From a candidate division WOR-3 bacterium (GTDB lineage: Bacteria > Hydrothermota > Hydrothermia > Hydrothermales > Hydrothermaceae): a stretch of 13,624 nucleotides of DNA. The stretch spans positions 1 to 13,624 of the forward strand of contig JBDRZD010000047.1 in assembly GCA_039803745.1 (NCBI GenBank), given 5' to 3'. Of the stretch, positions 7,386-13,624 are shown piece after piece (position 1 is the first letter of the stretch; each line of letters opens with the position of its first letter). The position numbers and the translations under genes were made by a program. Under the pieces are notes generated by a model. The model searched no databases. It worked only from the letters and a program-made list of their open reading frames with translations, and was not told the DNA's origin.

Positions 7386-8123
7386 ATGAGACTTAAAATC
7401 TTAATGGGTGAAGAAGAAAAATGGTATAAGTTTCCATGGGGATATCCATATCATGTTTCTTCTTTAATTTATAACCTTTTACATAAAGTTGAACCTGAAT
7501 TAAGTTTTCTACTTCACACTTTTGGATTTCAAAAAGGAAACAAAAAGTTTAAAATTTTCAATTTTTCCCCGTTATTACCTAAAAAATTTATAGGAAGGGA
7601 AGACTTCTGTTATCTTCTTGCCCCATTCACTCTTTATTTTTCAACACCAATTGAGGAAATAATTGAAAAAATAGTTAAAGCAATAAAAAAGGAAGGAAAA
7701 GTAACCCTTCTTGGATATATTTTACCAATTATAAAAATTAAGGAAATCCCGGTTTCTATTGATAAAGAGGTTATAACATTAAGGACACTTTCTCCTTTAA
7801 CGATTTCAAGGAAAATAAAAATAAAAGATAAGATAACTTCTCTCTATTTAACTCCTGAAAATGAAGATTTTATTCCAAGAATTAAAGAAAATTTAATTGA
7901 AAAATTTTCAATATTTTACGATGTGCAAAAAGATGAAATTGAATTAGAAATTGAACCAATTTCTTATCATGTTAAACTTGTAGAAATTAAAAATATAAAG
8001 GTTAAAGGAGTGATGATGGAATTTAAGGTAAAGGCATCTTTAAAGGAAATTATAAAATTTGGATACGAGGCAGGTTTTGGAGAAAAAACTTCAATGGGTT
8101 TTGGTTTTGTTGAGGAGTGTTGA
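7386..8123 (+). CDS. cas6: CRISPR-associated endoribonuclease Cas6 (Pyrococcus-like Cas6; solo in this window)
   Basis: C-terminal G-rich loop GYEAGFGEKTSMGFGFV, plus SLIYN, LLH, FKIFNFS, LYFST, TLSPL and ENLIEKF. Y29/H44/K56 appear to match the P. furiosus Cas6 Tyr/His/Lys catalytic triad. Confidence 0.93.
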   Translation: MRLKILMGEEEKWYKFPWGYPYHVSSLIYNLLHKVEPELSFLLHTFGFQKGNKKFKIFNFSPLLPKKFIGREDFCYLLAPFTLYFSTPIEEIIEKIVKAIKKEGKVTLLGYILPIIKIKEIPVSIDKEVITLRTLSPLTISRKIKIKDKITSLYLTPENEDFIPRIKENLIEKFSIFYDVQKDEIELEIEPISYHVKLVEIKNIKVKGVMMEFKVKASLKEIIKFGYEAGFGEKTSMGFGFVEEC

Positions 8124-8149
8124 AAAATTGGTTTTAAAAATAATATAAT
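8120..8149 (+). promoter_or_regulatory. Sigma70-type promoter of hsp20-lon-dapA (near-leaderless)
   Basis: TTGAAA (8120-8125, overlapping the cas6 stop), 18 nt, TATAAT (8144-8149), 9 nt, ATG 8159. No SD. Confidence 0.6.
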
Positions 8150-8158
8150 AAAATTATT

Positions 8159-8560
8159 ATGAAAGATTTTTTATTTGATGAAATTTTTGAGGAAATGAGA
8201 AGCACTTTAAAAGAATTTTTTTCCTATAGAGATGTGGAAACTGTAAGACCTCCTGCAAATATAAAAGAAACAAAAAATAAATTCATAATAGAAATTCTTT
8301 TGCCCGGTGTTAAAAAAGAAGATATAAGAATAAAAATAGAAGAGGATAATGTGCTTACAGTTGAAGGGGAAGCACATTTAGAAGAGGAAGAAATCGTTTG
8401 TTATCACAGGCTTGAATGGTCTTTAAAGAAGTTTAGAATAAGATTTGAACTTGGTCCTATGGTTGAATTTTCCCAAATTGCATCAATTTTAAAGGATGGA
8501 ATTTTAAAAATAATAATTCCTAAAAAAGAAAAAAAGGAAATTGAACTTATTATTGAATAA
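8159..8560 (+). CDS. Small heat-shock protein, Hsp20/alpha-crystallin family
   Basis: PPANIKET...FIIEILLPGVKKEDIRI, LTVEGE, HRLE...KKFRIRFEL, IASILKDGILKIIIPK and a C-terminal IxI-like motif (IELIIE). Confidence 0.93.
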   Translation: MKDFLFDEIFEEMRSTLKEFFSYRDVETVRPPANIKETKNKFIIEILLPGVKKEDIRIKIEEDNVLTVEGEAHLEEEEIVCYHRLEWSLKKFRIRFELGPMVEFSQIASILKDGILKIIIPKKEKKEIELIIE

Positions 8561-8562
8561 AT

Positions 8563-10950
8563 ATGGAAGGAATTAAAATACCAAAAACATTGAATATATT
8601 GCCTGTAAAAGGAGGGGTGATATTCCCGAATATGACAATCCCTCTTGTTATAAAGGAGAAGAATATACAGGAACTTATTGATGACGCCCTTAAGAAAGAG
8701 AAAATGGTTCTTACAATCACCCAGAGGGATGAAAGTATTGAAAATCCTAAATTTAAGGATTTGTATACAGTAGGTACTGTTTCTTTGATCCTGAAAATGA
8801 TGAGGGTTCCTGATGGGACAATGAGACTCATAATCCAAGGAATTAAAAGAGCAAGAATTAAAAAAGAATTAAAAGAAGAACCCTTTCTTGTTGCAGAAAT
8901 TGAAGAACTTGAAGATATAATTAAAACTAAAAATGAAAAAGAAATTGAAGCATTAAAGACAAATGTTTTAAATCTTTTAAAAGAAATAGTTCAAAATATT
9001 CCTTATATTCCTGAGGATTTCCTTCTTATAGCCCTTAATATACCCGAAGCAGGTAAACTTGCTGATTTTGTTGCTGGTTATATGCAATTCCCTGTTGAAG
9101 AAAAACAGAAAGTTTTGGAAACACAGGATGTTATTGAAAGACTCCGAAGTGTATTAAGACTATTGGCACAGGAAAAAGAATTGATATCTCTTTCTCAAAA
9201 AATAAGAGAGGAAATAAGTGAAAAGATTGATAAAGAGCAAAGGGAATATTATTTAAGACAGCAATTAAAGGCAATACAGAAAGAACTTGGAGAAATTGAT
9301 GAAAAAACAAAAGAAGTTGAAGAATTGAGGAGAAAAATAGAAGAGGCAAAAATGCCAAAAGAGGTTCATGAAATTGCATTGAAAGAACTTTCTAAACTTG
9401 AAAGAATACCACCCGGTATGCCGGAGTATACAGTAGTAAGAAATTATCTTGATTGGCTTATTGAACTTCCCTGGTCAATAGAAACAGAAGATAATCTTGA
9501 TTTAAAAAGAGCAAGAAAAATACTTGATGAGGACCATTTTAATCTTGAAAGGGTAAAGGAAAGAATATTAGAATTTCTTGCAGTTAGAATTTTGAAAAAG
9601 GGGGAAATAAAAGGACCTATACTCTGTTTTGTTGGTCCACCCGGTGTTGGTAAAACTTCCTTGGGTAAATCAATTGCAAGAGCACTTGGAAGAAAATTTA
9701 TAAGGATGTCATTGGGAGGAATAAGGGATGAAGCAGAGATAAGAGGACACAGAAGAACATATGTTGGAGCACTTCCCGGAAGAATAATTCAGGGAATAAG
9801 GCAGGCAAAAAGTAAAAATCCTGTATTTATGCTTGATGAAATAGATAAGATTGGAATTGATTTTAGAGGGGATCCATCCTCTGCCCTTTTAGAAGTTCTT
9901 GACCCTGAACAAAATTATTCATTTTCAGACCACTACCTTGAAGTTCCTTTTGACTTATCAAAAGTATTTTTTATTGCGACTGCAAATACCACATATACAA
10001 TACCACCTCCACTTTTAGATAGAATGGAAATCATAGAAATTCCCGGATATATAGAATACGAAAAAATAGAGATTGCAAAAAAATATTTAATACCAAGACA
10101 AATTGAAGCAAATGGACTTTTAGGTTATGAAATTATATTTGAAGAAGAAGCGATAAAGAAAATTATAAGGGAATATACAAGGGAAGCAGGATTAAGAAAT
10201 GTTGAAAGGAAAATCGGAACAATTTTAAGGAAAATTGCCGTTGAAATTGCTGAAGGTAAAAAAATTGATAAAGTTATAATAAAAGAGGAAGATATTGAAA
10301 AATATCTTGGGCCGAGAGTATTTTTCTCTGAAACAAAAGCAAGAGAAGGAATACCCGGTATTGCAACAGGTATGGCATGGACACCCACAGGAGGCGAAAT
10401 ACTTTTCATAGAATCAACAAAGATGCCCGGTGGAAGAAATTTAATTTTAACAGGACAATTAGGAGAGGTTATGAAAGAAAGTGCACAAGCCGCCCTTTCA
10501 ATAATAAGAAGTAAATCAGAACAACTTGGAATAGAAAAAGATTTCTGGAATAAATATGATATACATATTCATGTTCCGGAAGGCGCTGTTCCAAAGGATG
10601 GGCCTTCTGCAGGAATAACAATATTTATTTCCCTTGTTTCACTTTTGAAAAATCAGCCTGTTAATCCTGAAATAGCAATGACAGGGGAAATTACATTAAG
10701 GGGAAAGGTTATGCCTGTTGGTGGAATAAAAGAAAAGGTTTTAGCAGCAAAAAGAGCAGGAATTAAAGAAATAATTTTACCAAAATTGAACGAAAAAGAT
10801 TTGGTTGAGATACCTGATTATGTTAAAAAGGATTTAAAGTTCTATTTTGTTGAAAATGTTGATGATGTGTTAAAAATAGTTTTTAAAGATGAAAAAAAAT
10901 TGAAAAAGAGAGGGACAAAGAAAGGAAATAAAGGAGGAAAAAATGATTGA
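8563..10950 (+). CDS. lon: ATP-dependent Lon protease (LonA, peptidase S16)
   Basis: LON N-domain (ILPVKGGVIFP), QREYYLRQQLKAIQKELG, Walker A GPPGVGKT, RGHRRTYVGALPG, Walker B MLDEIDK, catalytic PKDGPSAG and GGIKEK. Confidence 0.98.
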   Translation: MEGIKIPKTLNILPVKGGVIFPNMTIPLVIKEKNIQELIDDALKKEKMVLTITQRDESIENPKFKDLYTVGTVSLILKMMRVPDGTMRLIIQGIKRARIKKELKEEPFLVAEIEELEDIIKTKNEKEIEALKTNVLNLLKEIVQNIPYIPEDFLLIALNIPEAGKLADFVAGYMQFPVEEKQKVLETQDVIERLRSVLRLLAQEKELISLSQKIREEISEKIDKEQREYYLRQQLKAIQKELGEIDEKTKEVEELRRKIEEAKMPKEVHEIALKELSKLERIPPGMPEYTVVRNYLDWLIELPWSIETEDNLDLKRARKILDEDHFNLERVKERILEFLAVRILKKGEIKGPILCFVGPPGVGKTSLGKSIARALGRKFIRMSLGGIRDEAEIRGHRRTYVGALPGRIIQGIRQAKSKNPVFMLDEIDKIGIDFRGDPSSALLEVLDPEQNYSFSDHYLEVPFDLSKVFFIATANTTYTIPPPLLDRMEIIEIPGYIEYEKIEIAKKYLIPRQIEANGLLGYEIIFEEEAIKKIIREYTREAGLRNVERKIGTILRKIAVEIAEGKKIDKVIIKEEDIEKYLGPRVFFSETKAREGIPGIATGMAWTPTGGEILFIESTKMPGGRNLILTGQLGEVMKESAQAALSIIRSKSEQLGIEKDFWNKYDIHIHVPEGAVPKDGPSAGITIFISLVSLLKNQPVNPEIAMTGEITLRGKVMPVGGIKEKVLAAKRAGIKEIILPKLNEKDLVEIPDYVKKDLKFYFVENVDDVLKIVFKDEKKLKKRGTKKGNKGGKND

Positions 10951-11824
10951 AGGGGTTATAACTGCACTTGTAACACCATTTAAAAATGGAAAAATAGATG
11001 AAGAGGGATTTGAAAAAATTATAGAATTTCAAATAAAAGAAGGTGTTGATGGAATTTTAATTGCAGGAACAACAGGTGAAAGTGCAACACTTGATGTAAA
11101 AGAAAAGGAATTTTTATTTAAAAAAGCAAAGGAAATCATTGGAAATAGAACAAAAATAATAGCAGGATGTGGAACAAATGATACAAAAAAGAGTATTGAA
11201 CTTGTTAAAATTGCAGAAAATTCAGGGATTGATTTATTCTTGCTTGTTTGCCCTTATTATAATAAACCTACACAGGAAGGACTTTATAGACATTTTGGAG
11301 AAATAGCAAAGAATACAAATGGTAAAATAATTTTATATAATGTTCCGGGAAGAACTTCATCAAATCTTGAACCCAAAACTGTTAAAAGGCTTGTTGATGA
11401 TTTTGATAATATAATTGCAGTTAAAGAGGCATCAAAAAATTTAGACCAGATGATGGAACTTTATGAGCTCGTTGGAGAAAAAATATCCCTTATGTCAGGA
11501 GATGATTCGTGGACATTTCCCCTTTTAACACTTGGATATAAAGGGGTTATCTCAGTACTTTCAAATATTTTAATAAAACCATTAAAAGAAATGATAGAAT
11601 ATGTTAAAAATGGGAAAATAGAAGAAGCAGCAAAAATCCATTATAAATATTTGCCATTAATGAAAGATTTATTTATAGAAACAAATCCTGTACCTGTCAA
11701 AACAGCAATGGAAATTTTAGGATGGATAAGCGGAGAAGTAAGACTACCCCTTGCTCCAATGAAAGAAGAAAATAGAAAAAAACTTGAAAAAACTTTGAAA
11801 AATTATAATTTTCCAAAATTTTAA
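10943..11824 (+). CDS. dapA: 4-hydroxy-tetrahydrodipicolinate synthase
   Basis: TALVTPF, GTTGES, PYYNKPTQEGL, LYNVPGRT, Schiff-base KEAS, SGDD and FIETNPVPVK. SD AAGGAGG lies within the end of lon. Confidence 0.95.
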   Translation: MIEGVITALVTPFKNGKIDEEGFEKIIEFQIKEGVDGILIAGTTGESATLDVKEKEFLFKKAKEIIGNRTKIIAGCGTNDTKKSIELVKIAENSGIDLFLLVCPYYNKPTQEGLYRHFGEIAKNTNGKIILYNVPGRTSSNLEPKTVKRLVDDFDNIIAVKEASKNLDQMMELYELVGEKISLMSGDDSWTFPLLTLGYKGVISVLSNILIKPLKEMIEYVKNGKIEEAAKIHYKYLPLMKDLFIETNPVPVKTAMEILGWISGEVRLPLAPMKEENRKKLEKTLKNYNFPKF

Positions 11825-11861
11825 AATTATTTTCTAAAATTTAAAAAATTTTTAAAAAATC

Positions 11862-11890
11862 TTGACAAAATAGAAAAAATCCTTTATAAT
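11862..11890 (+). promoter_or_regulatory. Consensus sigma70 promoter of the SHOCT/DUF4097/DUF2089 operon
   Basis: TTGACA (11862-11867), 17 nt, TATAAT (11885-11890), with an A/T-tract UP-like region upstream. SD GGAGGTG at 11914-11920. Confidence 0.85.
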
Positions 11891-11926
11891 TTATAAACTC
11901 AAATTTAAATTTTGGAGGTGATAAAT

Positions 11927-12640
11927 ATGGAAGAGGCAATTAAAAAAATAATTGAAATGCTTGAAAAAGGGAAAATAACAGCAGAAGATGCGGAAAGGCT
12001 TATAAAGGCGGTAAAAGAGGCAGAAAAAAAAGAAAGAGAATACAGATTTTTTGATTTTGGATGGATATCAGAAATGGTAAAGGACGCGATTCATTCAGCC
12101 TTTATTTCTAAAAAGGGAGGTTTTGAAGAGGTAATTACAGAAATTCCATTAAAGGAAATAATAAAAGTTACATCTTATAGCGGGGATATAAAGATAAAAA
12201 CTCAAAAAAGAGATAATATAAAAATAGAGGCAGAAGGGGCAAATTTTAAGGAAGAAGAAAATGAAATAATAGTAAATTCTTATGGAGATACAGAAATTTT
12301 TATGCCTGAAGAAAACAATCTGATTATTATTTATAATTACAGTGGGGAGATTGAACTTGAAGGCAATTTTAAGAAATTAAAAATAAATACTTATTCAGGT
12401 GATATAAGTATTGATGGCGAATTTGATGAAATGGATTTGGATACATATAATGGAGATTGCAAAGTAGAAACAAAAAGAAAGCCAATAATGATAAATTTTA
12501 ATACTTATAGTGGTGAAATAGAATTGCCTGAAGGATTTAAAAAAGAGGGAAATGTTTATATTTATGGGGAAGGTGAATATAAAAGGATTGGTGTCAGAAA
12601 TTATAGTGGTGATTTTGAATTAAAATTTAAGGAGGAATAA
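11927..12640 (+). CDS. SHOCT-like N-terminus + DUF4097 (Toastrack-like beta-repeat) protein, LiaX/YvlB-like
   Basis: IKKIIEMLEKGKITAEDAERLIKAV, then about 7 repeats of (S/T/N)Y(S/N)G(D/E)h.h. Start moved from TTG 11912 to ATG 11927 because GGAGGTG is its SD. Confidence 0.78.
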   Translation: MEEAIKKIIEMLEKGKITAEDAERLIKAVKEAEKKEREYRFFDFGWISEMVKDAIHSAFISKKGGFEEVITEIPLKEIIKVTSYSGDIKIKTQKRDNIKIEAEGANFKEEENEIIVNSYGDTEIFMPEENNLIIIYNYSGEIELEGNFKKLKINTYSGDISIDGEFDEMDLDTYNGDCKVETKRKPIMINFNTYSGEIELPEGFKKEGNVYIYGEGEYKRIGVRNYSGDFELKFKEE

Positions 12641-12993
12641 TGAAAGAAGAAATTAAAAAAATACTGAAAATGGTGGAAGAGGGTAAATTAAAAAGTGAAG
12701 AGGCTGAAAGACTTATTGAAGCAATCCTTGATACAGAGAAAAAAACTTATTCAGGTAAATTCTTAAAAATAAAGATTGAAGATAAAGAGGAAGGAGACAA
12801 GGTAAATATAAATATTCCGATGGCGCTTGTAAAAATGGCCACAAAATTTATACCAAAGGATAAAAAAGAGTATTTAAAAGAAAAAGATATAAATATTGAT
12901 GAAATACTCTCCTCAATTAAAGAAGCAACAGAAGGTGAAATTATGAATATTGAAGATGAAAATGGCTCTTACATTAAAATATGGATTGAGTGA
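12640..12993 (+). CDS. SHOCT-like domain protein of DUF2089-associated operons
   Basis: EEIKKILKMVEEGKLKSEEAERLIEAI, then KFLKIKI...KVNINIPMALVK and a C-terminal IKIWIE. 1-nt TAATG overlap with the upstream gene. Confidence 0.75.
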   Translation: MKEEIKKILKMVEEGKLKSEEAERLIEAILDTEKKTYSGKFLKIKIEDKEEGDKVNINIPMALVKMATKFIPKDKKEYLKEKDINIDEILSSIKEATEGEIMNIEDENGSYIKIWIE

Positions 12994-12994
12994 T

Positions 12995-13258
12995 ATGAAA
13001 ACAGGGATATTTTTAATCGTTTTAGGGCTTTTTATATGGTTTTTGAATCTTGGAGTTTTCTCTTTCTGGAAATGGGAAAGGGACTGGCCATGGATTCTTG
13101 TGATAATTGGCATTTTCTCCATTATTGGATATTTTAAAAAGAAATTTAGAAAAAGCAGAAAATTCAAAAAAGAAAAAATTAAGGATATACTTGATAAAAT
13201 TGAAAAAGGCGAAATAAACATAGAAGAAGCAATAAAAAGAATTAAAAAAGAAGAATGA
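12995..13258 (+). CDS. Small membrane protein: LiaI/LiaF-like two-TM hairpin + C-terminal SHOCT-like motif
   Basis: GIFLIVLGLFIWFLNLG...WPWILVIIGIFSII (LiaF/DUF5668-like), followed by IKDILDKIEKGEINIEEAIKRIK. ATG 12995 is preferred over 12950 because it follows the upstream stop by 1 nt. Confidence 0.7.
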   Translation: MKTGIFLIVLGLFIWFLNLGVFSFWKWERDWPWILVIIGIFSIIGYFKKKFRKSRKFKKEKIKDILDKIEKGEINIEEAIKRIKKEE

Positions 13259-13617
13259 AAGGGATAATTGGGAAATGTCCTTTATGTTCTGAAAAATTAA
13301 AAATAAAGGTTCTTGAATGTCCTGCCTGTAAAATAAAAATAGAAGGTGAATTTGATATTCCTTCTTTGTTTTTATTATCTGAAGAAGAACTCAATTTTTT
13401 ATTTTTATTTTTAAAAACAAGAGGAAATCTCTCAGAAATTTCAAAAATTCTTGGTCTTTCCTATCCTACTACAAGACAGAGATTTGAAGAATTTTTAAAA
13501 AAGATAGGCATTGAACCTTCTCATTCAAAAAATGAAATAATGGAAATACTTGAACTCCTTGAAAAAGGAGAGATAACTGCTAAGGAGGCTGAAAAGAGAA
13601 TAAAAGAGATTAAATAA
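13255..13617 (+). CDS. DUF2089-family protein (Zn ribbon + HTH + SHOCT-like), putative regulator
   Basis: CPLC...LECPACKIKIEGEF, LSEEELNFL..FLKTRGNLSEISKILGLSYPTTRQR, and C-terminal EILELLEKGEITAKEAEKRI. Confidence 0.88.
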   Translation: MKGIIGKCPLCSEKLKIKVLECPACKIKIEGEFDIPSLFLLSEEELNFLFLFLKTRGNLSEISKILGLSYPTTRQRFEEFLKKIGIEPSHSKNEIMEILELLEKGEITAKEAEKRIKEIK

Positions 13618-13624
13618 ATTTACT

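Noticed and set aside
8097..8123. CIRCE (HrcA) operator upstream of hsp20, suggested by GAGTGTTGA at 8115-8123
   Set aside because: Only a two-mismatch right half-site is present. There is no TTAGCACTC-like left half 9 nt upstream, and the sequence is explained by the cas6 C-terminal codons.
7286..8158. CRISPR array or mini-array next to cas6
   Set aside because: The flanking gaps are 100 bp and 35 bp and are filled by promoter and SD elements. I saw no 25-40 bp repeats here or elsewhere in the window.
11825..11861. Intrinsic terminator after dapA
   Set aside because: Only A/T tracts are present, with no GC-containing stem. The region is better explained as a UP-like element of the downstream promoter.
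8404..13221. Minus-strand ORFs 8404-8838, 8550-8831, 9131-9379, 10125-10409 and 12913-13221
   Set aside because: They are antisense to hsp20, lon or the SHOCT operon, with composition typical of shadow frames.

Overview
AT-rich (under ~30% GC by eye), gene-dense bacterial window. Its Glu/Lys/Ile-rich proteins suggest a thermophile (inference). Two divergent gene blocks flank a 100-bp intergenic region (7286-7385). The minus strand carries a translationally coupled MoxR/RavA-type AAA+ ATPase, a 365-aa orphan and an HExxH-metallopeptidase/vWA (DUF2201-like) protein. A separately promoted unit follows: macrodomain, zinc-finger-less ClpX paralogue, BioY and DUF2130. The plus strand carries an apparently intact but solo cas6 (no CRISPR array or other cas gene in the window), then hsp20-lon-dapA, then a four-gene Lia/Psp-like envelope-stress operon in which every protein has a SHOCT-like helical pair. 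The best candidates for something new are (i) the MoxR/orphan/peptidase-vWA triad, driven by a promoter shaped like WYL/PafBC 'sigma-adaptation' promoters (TGTCA-N11-TAnnnT) and set back-to-back with the solo cas6, and (ii) the cas6 itself inside a proteostasis cluster. Several genes also look leaderless. All calls come from motif recognition only; no database searches were run.
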